Shown: positions 1 through 9,761, counted from the stretch's first letter. The stretch is DNA of 53,172 nucleotides from an uncultured bacterium (GCA_964587525.1 CAZPLZ010000001.1:1-53172), one strand, 5' to 3'. The notes: generated by a model not told the origin, from the sequence alone. Made by a program: numbers and translations.

Positions 1-840
1 TGGGCAAGCGCCTACACCCTTCCCCCCTACCACCTTCGCCGGCATCAGGGGCTGCTCCGGTATCTCGTCATGCGCGAAGGCAAGCGCACCGGGCAGTTGC
101 TGGTGATCCTGGTGACTGCCCCGCCGCCTGATCCGGGGGCGTTCGAGGCCTTGCTCGCTGAACTGGCTGGCCGGTTGAAGCCGCTGGGCGTGACCTCGTT
201 TCTGTGGAGCGTGACGGAGCGTCAGGCTGACCTCGCCGTCGGAGAGATCCGGAGCGTGCTCTTTGGTGAACCGCACTTTACGGAGCGGCTGGGGGGGATG
301 ACCTTCAATCTCTCGCCCTATGCGTTCTTCCAGCCTCATGTGGAGATGGCGGACAAGTTGATCGAGCGCGCCCGGGAGCTGCTGGGGAGTGGCTGGGAGA
401 TGCTTGTGGACCTGTACTGCGGGGCGGGGGGCCTGACCTTCACGCTCGCCTCCCATGCGAAGCGTGTCATTGGCGTTGAGCTGGAACCGGCCGCCGTGGA
501 GGACGCGAAGAGGAACGCGGCCCTGAACGGCTTGACCCATTGTCAGTTCGTGGCGGAGGACGCCTTGACGTTTCTCCGCCGCTTTTCCGACTACTCGTTC
601 TTAGGTGATCGCTGGGCTGTGGTGCTGGATCCGCCTCGAGCCGGCATGCATCCCAAGATGGCGGCACAGGTGTTGCGCGTGGCGCCACCGGCTATCCTCT
701 ACGTCTCCTGCAGTCCAAAGAAACTGGCTGAAGATCTGGGAGTGTTGTCCCGGTCCTACCAGTTGGAGGAAATCACCCCGTACGACTTTTTCCCGCAGAC
801 CCCTCACGTGGAAGTGCTCGTCAAGCTCACGAGGAAGTAG
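1..840 (+). CDS. SAM-dependent RNA (uracil-5)-methyltransferase, RumA/TrmA family; 5' end cut by window edge
   Basis: Frame 1 is open from nt 1 (..HQGLLRYLVMREGKRTGQ..). Motifs: LVDLYCGAGGLT (SAM motif I), VLDPPRAGM, YVSCSP. ORF-track entry 70..840 is only the part after the first Met. Confidence 0.85.
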   Translation, partial: WASAYTLPPYHLRRHQGLLRYLVMREGKRTGQLLVILVTAPPPDPGAFEALLAELAGRLKPLGVTSFLWSVTERQADLAVGEIRSVLFGEPHFTERLGGMTFNLSPYAFFQPHVEMADKLIERARELLGSGWEMLVDLYCGAGGLTFTLASHAKRVIGVELEPAAVEDAKRNAALNGLTHCQFVAEDALTFLRRFSDYSFLGDRWAVVLDPPRAGMHPKMAAQVLRVAPPAILYVSCSPKKLAEDLGVLSRSYQLEEITPYDFFPQTPHVEVLVKLTRK

Positions 841-865
841 TTGCAGGTCTTGCTACAATGGCACG

Positions 866-2587
866 ATGTTTTTGACAAGTTTCTCAGCACTGGTGTGTGC
901 AATTGTTATCCTGACTCCATCCCTGGCCCTGGCGGCGCCCCCACAGCGGTACATTCCCGCCCCGGCGGGTAAACCCTATTTCATGTTGAACATTGTCTTC
1001 AGGCCCTTTGTTCGCAAGTTTGGTTTCTCCGAGTTCAAGTCTTCGGAGACGGCGGACATTCACCCTCTCGACGCTGGCAAGCCCAGGCCGGGTACGCTGG
1101 GAAGCACCTGGGGGGCGAACACGCTCGAGATCGGGACCATGGCCGGTTACGGGGTCGGTTCGCTGTGGTTTCTGCGTTCCATGGACCTCTCGCTCTATCT
1201 CCCGTTCTACTTTCGTGACTACACGTGGATCCGCTATCTGGTGACCAGCGATTCGCCGCCGGACTTTGGAGCCGCATGGTCAGTGGCCACCCTCCACCCC
1301 AGTTTGAAAAAAGGAGCGGGCGGCAAGGGCATCGGTGATGTGACGCTCGGCGCGATGGCCCTGCTCTTCGGAGATCCCGGAGCCGGGTCCTCGGTGAGCG
1401 GCGCCCTCAAGATCTCGCTCCCATCCTCGCCGTCCGCGCACGAGAGCTTCGTGAAGATCCTGCACGGTGAGGAGACCAGCCTTGGCGGGGGTGCAGGGGT
1501 GCCGCGGCTGATCCCGGCCCTGTCCGCCATCAAGAAGGTAGCGGGCCAGCGCGTGTACTTAAACCTTGAATACGCCTTACCGCTGGGCACGGAAACGTTC
1601 TCGTTCTTTAACCCATCCCGTCCCTCCCCCCCTGGAGGGGAGGATGGCTCGTACACGGAATATACGGATTCAAACAAGAAGTTCGACGAGGAGATCAAGC
1701 TGGGCGGGACGATTCAGGGCACGCTGGGCCTGAAGACCACATTGAATTACTTTGGGGTGACGCCCGGGATCGAGGTCAACTTCAGAAAAATCCAGAAAGC
1801 CTCATGGAAGGAAAACGGTGTGGATGGCACGGCGCCGCCGCAGCCGTTCCCCGCTTCCCAGTATCCCACCCACACCCCGGAGTTCCTGCGCTATGCGGCC
1901 TGGGCGATCGGCGACCTCGCGCTCAAAGACAACACAGAGATGGGGATCGGGCTGGTGGGGACGGCCCGGATCGGGACGAGCGATCTGATCAAGTTTGGGG
2001 TGTCCTATATCACAAACTCCTTCGGGCCGGCCATCGAGTTCAAGATCGTGTTCATGAGCCTGTTCGTGGAAAAACCGGAGGATGAGAGTGTGGAGCCAGG
2101 CGACATACGGGTAAAGGAAGTAGAGTTCTCGCCGGTGCTCGCCGCGCCGCCGCCGCCCACCGGAAGGATTCGCATCGGGGTGACCCTCCCCGCGTTCGGG
2201 GTGGGGATCAGCCAGGAAGAGCTTGACTGGGTTGTCCGCCGGCTCCGGCGTGAGATGAGGAGGCTGCGCGGATACGACCTGATGTCCGAGAAGGAGATGG
2301 CGCAACTGGCGTCTCGCCCCTGCGGGGATGTGAACTGCGGCACCAACTTCGGCCGGGCGCTCAATCTGCAGGCGATGGTGGTGAGCCGGCTTTACCGGGT
2401 GGGTGATCCCCAAACCCCGGGCTCCGGGGGGTTCGCACTGACGGTCCAGTTGATCAACGTTAACGACGGCACCGTGTCTTCGTCCGAAGCGATCAGCGCC
2501 ACCCGGCTGAAGGATCTCAAGCCGCAGCTCCCCGATCTCTTTCAGCGGATGACCGAGCAAGCTCCTCCGCTGTCTCCAACCAACTGA
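866..2587 (+). CDS. Secreted/outer-membrane hypothetical protein: N-terminal beta-barrel-like region plus C-terminal TolB-N/LpoB-like alpha/beta domain
   Basis: ATG at 866 gives the signal peptide MFLTSFSALVCAIVILTPSLALA/AP. The track start at 605 overlaps the previous gene and is rejected. Alternating strand-like pattern and a GIGDVTLGA motif recall MetA-pathway/phenol-degradation-type OM barrels. The last ~130 aa (RIGVTLPAFG..CGDVNCGTNFGRALNLQAMVVSRLYRVG..FALTVQLINVNDGTV) fit the TolB-N/FlgO/LpoB-like pattern. Confidence 0.6.
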   Translation: MFLTSFSALVCAIVILTPSLALAAPPQRYIPAPAGKPYFMLNIVFRPFVRKFGFSEFKSSETADIHPLDAGKPRPGTLGSTWGANTLEIGTMAGYGVGSLWFLRSMDLSLYLPFYFRDYTWIRYLVTSDSPPDFGAAWSVATLHPSLKKGAGGKGIGDVTLGAMALLFGDPGAGSSVSGALKISLPSSPSAHESFVKILHGEETSLGGGAGVPRLIPALSAIKKVAGQRVYLNLEYALPLGTETFSFFNPSRPSPPGGEDGSYTEYTDSNKKFDEEIKLGGTIQGTLGLKTTLNYFGVTPGIEVNFRKIQKASWKENGVDGTAPPQPFPASQYPTHTPEFLRYAAWAIGDLALKDNTEMGIGLVGTARIGTSDLIKFGVSYITNSFGPAIEFKIVFMSLFVEKPEDESVEPGDIRVKEVEFSPVLAAPPPPTGRIRIGVTLPAFGVGISQEELDWVVRRLRREMRRLRGYDLMSEKEMAQLASRPCGDVNCGTNFGRALNLQAMVVSRLYRVGDPQTPGSGGFALTVQLINVNDGTVSSSEAISATRLKDLKPQLPDLFQRMTEQAPPLSPTN

Positions 2588-2607
2588 TCCCTAGCGGCTT
2601 CAAGGAT

Positions 2608-4017
2608 ATGAGAGGACACGGGATCGTATTCGGGACGGATGGCTGGCGTGACCTCATCGCTGGAGGGTTCACCGTGGACCGGCTTTCGATCGTCGCGCAG
2701 GCGTTCGCTGACTGGCTGAATGTACGTCGCCGGCCCCGCTCCAAAGTCCTGGTTGGATACGACGGGAGATTCGGCGGGGAGAGGTTTGCCATGGCTGCGG
2801 CACAGGTTCTGGTTGGCAACGGGTTTCGTGCGGACGTGGTGTCCGGTCCGACCCCCACGCCGGCGGTGTCATGGTGGATTATTCAGAAACGTTACGCGGC
2901 GGGCCTCATGGTCACCGCGAGCTATAACCCGCCGGCGTACAGCGGGGTGAAGATCAAGCCGCACTTCGGCGGGTTGCCCGATGAAACAGTCATCGGTCCC
3001 ATTGTGGCCCGGCTCGGCGCGCGGACACCGAAGGTTGGCGATGCTGGGGCGATCCAGCGGGTCACCTTTCTGAAAGCGTACCTCCGTCAACTGCGGCAAT
3101 TCGTGGACTTCAAGGCGCTGAAACGCTTGAGGGGTGTCGTGGTGTCGGACCCCATGGGTGGCGCGCAGGCTGGGCTGCTAGCCCGGGTGCTGAAGGGAAC
3201 CCCGCTCAAGGTGGCGGCGATCCATGATCGCCTCGACCCGCTCTTCTGCGGGCTTGAGGCGCCTGAGCCTGTGGAGAAGAACCTTAAAGATCTCAAGGAG
3301 GCGGTGCGCCGCAGCCGGGCCCGGCTGGGGATTGCGACCGACGGGGATGGCGACCGGGTGGGCATCGTGGATGATGGGGGGCGGTTCGTGACACCCCACC
3401 TGGTGTTTGCCCTGCTGTTGCTGTTCATGGTGCGCTTCCGCAAGCTGTCCGGCGGTGTGGTGAAAACTGTCTCAGGGAGTTATCTCCTTGACCGCATCGC
3501 ACGGGCCCACGGACTTAAAGTTCATGAAACCCCGGTGGGGTTTAAGCACATCTGCAAGCTGATGCTGAAAGAACAGATTGTCATGGGTGGCGAGGAGAGC
3601 GGCGGTGTGGGGTTTCAGGGGTACATCCCGGAGCGCGACGGCCTGCTGGCGGGGCTGCTGTTCTTGGAGCTGCTCGCGAAGTCGGGGAAGAGCTGCCGGC
3701 AGCTCATCGCGGACCTGAGGAGGGAATTTGGCTCCTCGCACTACCTACGCCTCGATGCGCATCACGCGCATGCAGCAGGCGCGCTCAAGCGCCTTCAAGC
3801 GGATCCGCCCTCCCGCGTGGGGGGGGAACGGGTGGCGAGGGTGAACACCCTGGATGGGCTCAAGCTCATCCTGCCGGACGATGCGTGGCTGCTCTTCCGT
3901 GCCTCAGGCACGGAGCCGCTCTTGCGCATCTACGCTGAATCCAGTAGCTCCGCCAGGACCCGCCGGCTGCTCAAGGCTGGGACCGCCCTGGCTGGGGTGG
4001 GGCGACAAAGCCTTTAG
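2608..4017 (+). CDS. Phosphoglucomutase/phosphomannomutase (alpha-D-phosphohexomutase family)
   Basis: Phosphoserine loop TASYNPP (canonical TASHNP), metal loop GIATDGDGDRVGIVD, sugar loop GGEESGG, phosphate loop RASGTEPLLRIYAE. Confidence 0.9.
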   Translation: MRGHGIVFGTDGWRDLIAGGFTVDRLSIVAQAFADWLNVRRRPRSKVLVGYDGRFGGERFAMAAAQVLVGNGFRADVVSGPTPTPAVSWWIIQKRYAAGLMVTASYNPPAYSGVKIKPHFGGLPDETVIGPIVARLGARTPKVGDAGAIQRVTFLKAYLRQLRQFVDFKALKRLRGVVVSDPMGGAQAGLLARVLKGTPLKVAAIHDRLDPLFCGLEAPEPVEKNLKDLKEAVRRSRARLGIATDGDGDRVGIVDDGGRFVTPHLVFALLLLFMVRFRKLSGGVVKTVSGSYLLDRIARAHGLKVHETPVGFKHICKLMLKEQIVMGGEESGGVGFQGYIPERDGLLAGLLFLELLAKSGKSCRQLIADLRREFGSSHYLRLDAHHAHAAGALKRLQADPPSRVGGERVARVNTLDGLKLILPDDAWLLFRASGTEPLLRIYAESSSSARTRRLLKAGTALAGVGRQSL

Positions 4018-4029
4018 ACGGCTGGTGGC

Positions 4030-4896
4030 ATGGGCGTAAGTCTCCTCAAGTTTGCCGGTTCCGGCCTGCTCGTGTACGCGGCGCTGGTGGCGATCGTGGC
4101 GCTGGCGCAGCGACGGCTCATTTATTTTCCGTCTCATGAGTATCCTGTGACGCCGGCTGATTTCGGCCTGCCCTACGAGGAGCACGTGCTCACGGCCGCC
4201 GATGGGGTCAGGCTGGCTGCCTGGTGGGTCCCGGCAGAATCGGCTGTGGCTCCAGTGGTCCTCTGCTTTCACGGCAATGCCACGAACATCTCGGGGATGA
4301 TCGGCCATGCCGCAGTGTTTAAGGCCCGAGGGTTCGCGTGCCTTCTGGCAGAGTACCGGGGGTACGGGCGTAGCTCAGGCTACCCTACGGAGGAAGGTGT
4401 ATATCGCGATGCCTCAGCCGCATACCACTGGCTGATGTCACGCGGCGTATCGCCGCAGCGCCTCATGCTCTACGGGCACTCCCTCGGTGCCGCGGTGGCG
4501 GCGTGGCTGGCGGCGGAGCAGGCCACAGCCGGCACGGTGCTGGAAGGCTCGTTTCCCAGCATCCACGCGATGGCGCGACACCATTACTGGTGGATGTATG
4601 CGCCGGAGGCGGTCATCCAGGACAAATTTCCGACCGCACGGCATGTGGCGCGGGCGCGCTGTCCGGTGCTGGTTGTGCATGGCGAGGACGACGAGGTGGC
4701 ACCCTTCAAGTTCGGACAGGCTGTGTTCGCGGCTGCTTCACCGCCGAAGACGTTCTGCGCTGTGCCGGGCGCGGCGCACAATACCCTCGGCCTGGAGTTT
4801 CCGGAAGGCGCCGCGGCGTTCGACCGGTTTGTGGCGGATTGCCTGAGCACGGTCGATCCCCCTCTCCTTTCTCCCTCTCCCCCCAAGGGGGGGTGA
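4030..4896 (+). CDS. Alpha/beta hydrolase (membrane-anchored, BAAT/DLH-like)
   Basis: N-terminal hydrophobic helix, HGNA oxyanion region, nucleophile elbow GHSLGAAVA, late VVHGEDDEV..H pattern. Confidence 0.8.
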   Translation: MGVSLLKFAGSGLLVYAALVAIVALAQRRLIYFPSHEYPVTPADFGLPYEEHVLTAADGVRLAAWWVPAESAVAPVVLCFHGNATNISGMIGHAAVFKARGFACLLAEYRGYGRSSGYPTEEGVYRDASAAYHWLMSRGVSPQRLMLYGHSLGAAVAAWLAAEQATAGTVLEGSFPSIHAMARHHYWWMYAPEAVIQDKFPTARHVARARCPVLVVHGEDDEVAPFKFGQAVFAAASPPKTFCAVPGAAHNTLGLEFPEGAAAFDRFVADCLSTVDPPLLSPSPPKGG

Positions 4897-4949
4897 GTGG
4901 TCGCGAAGCGACCGAGGCGCCAAAGGCAGGAGAGGGTGAGGGGGGAAGG

Positions 4950-5750
4950 TTAGGTTCCGATCACTCCTTCCAGCGGGCTGGAAGCCGTCGCGTAGAGTTT
5001 TTTCGGGATGCGGCCGGCTTGGTAGGCGAGCCGGCCGGCTTCCACCGCCAGCTTCATGGCCAGGGCCATCTTGAGGGGGTCCTTCGCCCCGGCCACCGCG
5101 GTGTTGAGCAGCACCGCCGTGCAGCCCAGCTCCAGCACGACCGCGACGTCGGAGGCGGTCCCGACGCCCGCGTCCACGATGACCGGGACCTTCACATGTT
5201 CCAGAATAATCTTGAGGTTGTACGGATTGCGGATGCCTAGACCTGACCCGATCGGCGCCGCCAGCGGCATGACGGCCGGGCATCCGAGGTCCTCGAGCTG
5301 TTTGCACAACACCGGGTCGTCCATGGTATACGGCAGCACCGTGAAGCCTTCGCGCACCAGCTCGCGTGCCGCCTCCAGGGTGCCGGCTGAGTCTGGCATG
5401 AGAGTCCGCTCGTCGCCGATCACCTCGAGTTTGAGCAGCGAGGTTCCCAGCGCTTCTCGCGCCAGGTGGGCGGTCAGGATCGCATCCTTAGCCGTGTAGC
5501 ACCCCGCGGTGTTGGGGAGCAGGGTGATCTTCCTCCGGTCGATTAAGTCCAGCAGAGACGGCTGGCTCTTGTCCTTGAGGTTGACCCGGCGGACCGCCAC
5601 CGTGACGACCTCGGTTCCCGAAAGCTCGTGAGCCTGCTGCATGATCTCGAACGAGGAGTACTTGCCTGTTCCGAGGATCAGGCGTGAATGGAGCTCCACG
5701 CTGCCGAGCCGCCAGGTGTCTACGGCGGGAGAAGCTGCTGTCACGTTCAT
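4950..5750 (-). CDS. thiG: Thiazole synthase ThiG
   Basis: Near full-length match to ThiG by eye: [87 protein letters not shown] overlap with upstream mtnA. Confidence 0.95.
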   Translation of the reverse strand: MNVTAASPAVDTWRLGSVELHSRLILGTGKYSSFEIMQQAHELSGTEVVTVAVRRVNLKDKSQPSLLDLIDRRKITLLPNTAGCYTAKDAILTAHLAREALGTSLLKLEVIGDERTLMPDSAGTLEAARELVREGFTVLPYTMDDPVLCKQLEDLGCPAVMPLAAPIGSGLGIRNPYNLKIILEHVKVPVIVDAGVGTASDVAVVLELGCTAVLLNTAVAGAKDPLKMALAMKLAVEAGRLAYQAGRIPKKLYATASSPLEGVIGT

Positions 5751-6907
5751 CTGGAACGTATTGTAAGGCCGCGGACGGCCTTGCGCCTAGTGGATGATAC
5801 ACCATCTTTAAACTTCGCCACATGCGTGGGCGTACCTCGACGGTTCACCAGCTTGGGCAGCGACGTCGCGTATGGCGGCCGGGCCACCCCGCGGTCGGTG
5901 ATGATAGCGGTGATCAGTGATCCTGGCGTGACATCAAACGCCGGGTGGGCAGCCTTGATGCCGTTCGGCGCGATCCGCGTCGTGCCCACCTGGACCATTT
6001 CCTGGGTTGAGCGCTCCTCGATAGGAATGTCCTCTCCACGTTTTGTGGCCAAGTCGATCGTCGAGATGGGAGCGGCCACATAAAAGGGGATCCGGTGTAT
6101 GCGCGCCAGTTCGGCCAGGGGGTATGTGCCGATCTTGTTGGCGGTATCACCACGTGCCGTGATGCGGTCCGCACCGACCACGACCTCGCTCACCTGGCCG
6201 CGCTGCATGAAGTGCCCAGCCATGTTATCGGCGATCAACACGAACGGGATACGTTCCTGCTTGAGTTCCCAGGCGGTGAGTCGCGCTCCTTGCAGGTATG
6301 GCCGTGTCTCGTCAACGAACACGAGCTTGATTTTCCCCTGCGCGTGGGCGGCCCGGATCACACCCAGCGCTGTCCCGTACCCCGCGGTCGCGAGCCCGCC
6401 GGTGTTGCAGTGGGTGAGCACATTGGCCTGCGGCTTCAAGAGCCTGGCGCCCAACTGGCCCATGGCCCTGTTGGCGGCCAGATCTTCCGCCTCGATTGCG
6501 CGTGCCTCCTGCTCCACGCGGTCGCGGATCCGTGAGGGCGGGGCGGTGAGGATACCGCAGGCTGCGTTCAGAATCCGTTTAACAGCCCAGGCTAAATTCA
6601 CCGCGGTGGGGCGCGTGCGCACCAGCTTGCCCGCGGCACGCTTGAGATCCGCCAGCAGGGCCTGGCCGGTGCGGCCTTGAGAGGCCTGCCCCGCCAGCGC
6701 CATGCCGTAGGCCGCGGCCACGCCAATGGCGGGAGCTCCCCGGATTCTCATGGCCTGAATAGCCTGGCCTACCTGGTCTGCGGTCGTACAGGTGAACCAC
6801 CGTTCGCGGGCAGGGAGGGCAAGCTGGTCCAGCAGGCGCAGGGTTTTTCCAGTCCAACGCAGCGGGGTGATCTCCCGTTTCTTCATACTGACCGGGTACT
6901 TCTTCAA
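5747..6907 (-). CDS. mtnA: Methylthioribose-1-phosphate isomerase (MtnA; eIF-2B alpha/beta/delta family). A 5-deoxyribose-1-P isomerase role is also possible.
   Basis: [74 protein letters not shown]. Start may be the second Met (6886). Confidence 0.9.
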   Translation of the reverse strand: MKKYPVSMKKREITPLRWTGKTLRLLDQLALPARERWFTCTTADQVGQAIQAMRIRGAPAIGVAAAYGMALAGQASQGRTGQALLADLKRAAGKLVRTRPTAVNLAWAVKRILNAACGILTAPPSRIRDRVEQEARAIEAEDLAANRAMGQLGARLLKPQANVLTHCNTGGLATAGYGTALGVIRAAHAQGKIKLVFVDETRPYLQGARLTAWELKQERIPFVLIADNMAGHFMQRGQVSEVVVGADRITARGDTANKIGTYPLAELARIHRIPFYVAAPISTIDLATKRGEDIPIEERSTQEMVQVGTTRIAPNGIKAAHPAFDVTPGSLITAIITDRGVARPPYATSLPKLVNRRGTPTHVAKFKDGVSSTRRKAVRGLTIRSR

Positions 6908-7744
6908 TTAAAGGGGCAGGCGTCCTACGGCCTTGCGCATGAGCAGGGTCAGCTTGGGTTCCGCCTCCTGGGCGATCCGGATGATTTCCTGGATATTGGC
7001 GGGCTTCAGCGCGTCCGCCACGCACCGATCCGTGATCACCGAGACCCCTAGAACTTTTAAGCCTGCGTGCCTCGCCACGATGACTTCCGGTACCGTGGAC
7101 ATACCGATGGCGTCAGCGCCGATCGTGGCGAGCATACGGTACTCCGCCGCGGTTTCCAGACACGGTCCGGTCATGGCGGCGTAGACCCCCGCGTGGCATC
7201 GCAGCTTCTCCTCGCGCGCGATACCGAGTGCCAGCTTGCGTAATTCCTTGTCGTAACAGTTGTACAGGTCGGGATAACGGGGCCCCAGCGAGTCAACGTT
7301 GGGCCCGATGAGCGGGTTGTCGCCCATCAGGTTGATGTGATCCTCGATCAGCATGAGGTCGCCTGGGTCAAGCCGCCGGTTGATGGCCCCGGCCGCGTTG
7401 GACACCAGCAGGATTTTTGCGCCCAGCGCGTGCATCGCGCGCACCGGAAAGGTGATCTCCTGGAGCGTGTAGCCTTCGTACCGGTGAAAGCGTCCAGACA
7501 TGGCCACCACGTTTCGGCCTTCCAGCGAGCCCAGCAGCAGCTTGCCGGTGTGGGTTTCCACGGTGGAGCGGACAAACCCTGGGATCTGCTCATAAGGAAT
7601 GGTGGTTTCGACCTTGATCTCCTTGGAGAGCCCTCCCAACCCGGTGCCAAGAATAATGGCCACTTGAGGTTCCAGCTTGGTCTGCCGCCGGACTGCGGCG
7701 ACCGCTTGTTGGACAGCTTCAGCGGTAACGGGCTGCGGACTCAT
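6908..7744 (-). CDS. Purine nucleoside phosphorylase, PunA type (PNP/MTAP family)
   Basis: IILGTGLG, GHTGKLLLGSLEGRNVVAMSGRFHRYEGY, GPRYPDL, MTGPCLETAAEYR, GADAIGMSTVPEVIVA.HAG. Colinear with PunA. Confidence 0.9.
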   Translation of the reverse strand: MSPQPVTAEAVQQAVAAVRRQTKLEPQVAIILGTGLGGLSKEIKVETTIPYEQIPGFVRSTVETHTGKLLLGSLEGRNVVAMSGRFHRYEGYTLQEITFPVRAMHALGAKILLVSNAAGAINRRLDPGDLMLIEDHINLMGDNPLIGPNVDSLGPRYPDLYNCYDKELRKLALGIAREEKLRCHAGVYAAMTGPCLETAAEYRMLATIGADAIGMSTVPEVIVARHAGLKVLGVSVITDRCVADALKPANIQEIIRIAQEAEPKLTLLMRKAVGRLPL

Positions 7745-7811
7745 GATGCGTTCTGTTTCTCAAATCGACAGCCACAAGGATACCATACCGACCTCTCCGG
7801 TCAAACGGCTT

Positions 7812-8822
7812 TCACCCCCTGGCTGGCTCGCCGGCCGCCCAGTCAGCGCGGGCGGGCGTCGAGAGGCGAGACCGATGCCCCCGGCGCGCTTGGTACCAGC
7901 CGGCACAGGCAATCATCGCCGCGTTATCGGTGCATAGGCTGGCCGGCGGCACTACGAGCGACACGCGGACATCTTTGGCCAACCGTTCGAAACTCCGCCG
8001 CAGCGCCAAATTGGCTGCGACCCCTCCGGCCAGCACGAGGGTCTTGGCGTGATTGGCCGCCAGGGCGGCCCGGGTACGGTGCACGAGCGCGGCGATCACC
8101 GCCTGCTGAAATCCTGCGGCCAGCGCGGCTCGGTCATTCACCTGCGCGAGCGCCACTGCAGTTTTGAGCCCGCTGAAGGAGAAATCCAGGCTGCCGTCTT
8201 TCATGCGGGCCACCGGCAGCTTAACCGCCCTGCGGGCCCGCCGGGCGAGGCGCTCGAGTCTGGGCCCACCGGGGTAGCCCAGCTTCATCAGCTTGGCCAC
8301 CTTGTCGTACGCTTCGCCGGCGGCATCGTCCCGGGTGCGTCCAAGAATTCGGAACTGCCCGTGCCGTTGCATGGCGATCAGCTCGGTGTGCCCGCCGGAG
8401 ACCACCAGCGCCAGGAGCGGCGGTTTGAGCGAAGGCTTTTCCAGAAAGGCGGCGTAAATGTGAGCCTCGATGTGATTGACGGCTAAAAAGGGTTTGTGCA
8501 GCAGGTAGGAGAGCGCTTTAGCGGCGGTCAACCCTACCAGCAGCGAGCCAGGCAGTCCTGGTCCTGCGGTGGCCGCGACCACATCGATCCGTTTCAGGGG
8601 CAGCCGTGCCTTGGCTAGAGCCTGCCCGATCACCTCGGTGATGAACCGGATGTGGCTGCGGGAGGCGATTTCCGGGACCACCCCGCCGAAAGGCCGGTGC
8701 AGCGCCATCTGGCTGGCCACGACGCTTGAGCGCAGGCGGGGGCGCCTTAAGGCCGAAGGGCTCGTGGACACCACCGCCGCGGCCGTTTCATCGCAGGAGG
8801 TCTCGATCCCCAGAATATGCAC
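7812..8822 (-). CDS. tsaD: tRNA N6-adenosine threonylcarbamoyltransferase TsaD (Kae1/Gcp)
   Basis: GTG start giving (M)HILGIETSCDETAAAV; HIEAHIYA; VSGGHTEL; LAGGVAAN. Confidence 0.95.
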   Translation of the reverse strand: MHILGIETSCDETAAAVVSTSPSALRRPRLRSSVVASQMALHRPFGGVVPEIASRSHIRFITEVIGQALAKARLPLKRIDVVAATAGPGLPGSLLVGLTAAKALSYLLHKPFLAVNHIEAHIYAAFLEKPSLKPPLLALVVSGGHTELIAMQRHGQFRILGRTRDDAAGEAYDKVAKLMKLGYPGGPRLERLARRARRAVKLPVARMKDGSLDFSFSGLKTAVALAQVNDRAALAAGFQQAVIAALVHRTRAALAANHAKTLVLAGGVAANLALRRSFERLAKDVRVSLVVPPASLCTDNAAMIACAGWYQARRGHRSRLSTPARADWAAGEPARG

Positions 8823-8843
8823 TTCGGTTATAGTTTAGAACAC

Positions 8844-9761
8844 ATGAGTCGCCCTTGGATTCCGTACGTGCAGTTGGGCATCGTGCACTTCATGGTTTAC
8901 CCCGAGATGATGGGCGGGGAGGGGGCGATTGCGGAAACCGCAGCGGTGCTGTTGAGTGACGGTTTTTTCGAAGTCCTGGAGGTTGGGCCGGTCAACGAGG
9001 CTGGGGAGCGCGCCCGGCTGCGTGAGGTTGTGAAAAGCCGGCACGCGACCCTGGCCTTCGCCTGCCAGCCGATCCTGCTGTCCGGCAAACTCAACCTGAA
9101 CGCGCTGGGATCTGCCGAGCGCGCCAGGGCGGTGAACGCCGTCAGGGCGGCGATTCAGCACGCGCGCGAACTGGGGGCGGTGGGGCTCGCCGTGGTGAGC
9201 GGCTCCAACCCTGCCCTGGCTGACCGCCATGCGGCAACGGACGCGCTCGCGGACAGCTTGGTTTCGATCTGCCGTGAAGCGGGGAGCCTCCCGGTGCACC
9301 TGGAGGTCTTTGATTACGATGTGGACAAAAAGTGTCTCATCGGGCCCACCGCGGCTGCCGTGGACCTGGCGCGCCGCGTGCGCGCGCACGCTTCCAATTT
9401 TGGCCTCATGCTTGATCTCAGCCACCTGCCGCTCCAGCATGAGCGCTCGCGTGAAGCGCTGACGGCCGCGCGGGACGTGCTAACTCACGCGCATGTGGGC
9501 AATTGCGTGCTGAAAGATCCCAAGCACCCTCGCTACGGCGACCAGCACCCGCGGTTCGGGCTCGAGGGTGGGGAGAATGACGTTCCTGAGCTCGTGGAGT
9601 TTTTAAGCGTCCTCTTCGAGGTCGGATATCTCAAGAGAGGACCCCGACGTATGGTCTCTATCGAGGTCAAGCCCGGTCCGGACGAAACAAGTGATGACCT
9701 TCTCGCGCACACCAAGCGCACCTGGGAGGCTGCTTGGGCGAGGGTGCGCATCCCGGCCTAG
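8844..9761 (+). CDS. Sugar phosphate isomerase/epimerase (xylose isomerase-like TIM barrel)
   Basis: AP_endonuc_2-type pattern (HLEVFD.., MLDLSHL, HAHVGNC). ATG at 8844 chosen because the track start 8817 overlaps the divergent tsaD start. Confidence 0.7.
   Translation: MSRPWIPYVQLGIVHFMVYPEMMGGEGAIAETAAVLLSDGFFEVLEVGPVNEAGERARLREVVKSRHATLAFACQPILLSGKLNLNALGSAERARAVNAVRAAIQHARELGAVGLAVVSGSNPALADRHAATDALADSLVSICREAGSLPVHLEVFDYDVDKKCLIGPTAAAVDLARRVRAHASNFGLMLDLSHLPLQHERSREALTAARDVLTHAHVGNCVLKDPKHPRYGDQHPRFGLEGGENDVPELVEFLSVLFEVGYLKRGPRRMVSIEVKPGPDETSDDLLAHTKRTWEAAWARVRIPA

Noticed and set aside
605-865. N-terminal extension of the 660-aa track ORF
   Set aside because: It overlaps the methyltransferase gene in another frame and has Cys/Trp/Arg-rich nonsense composition. 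ATG 866 yields a textbook signal peptide.
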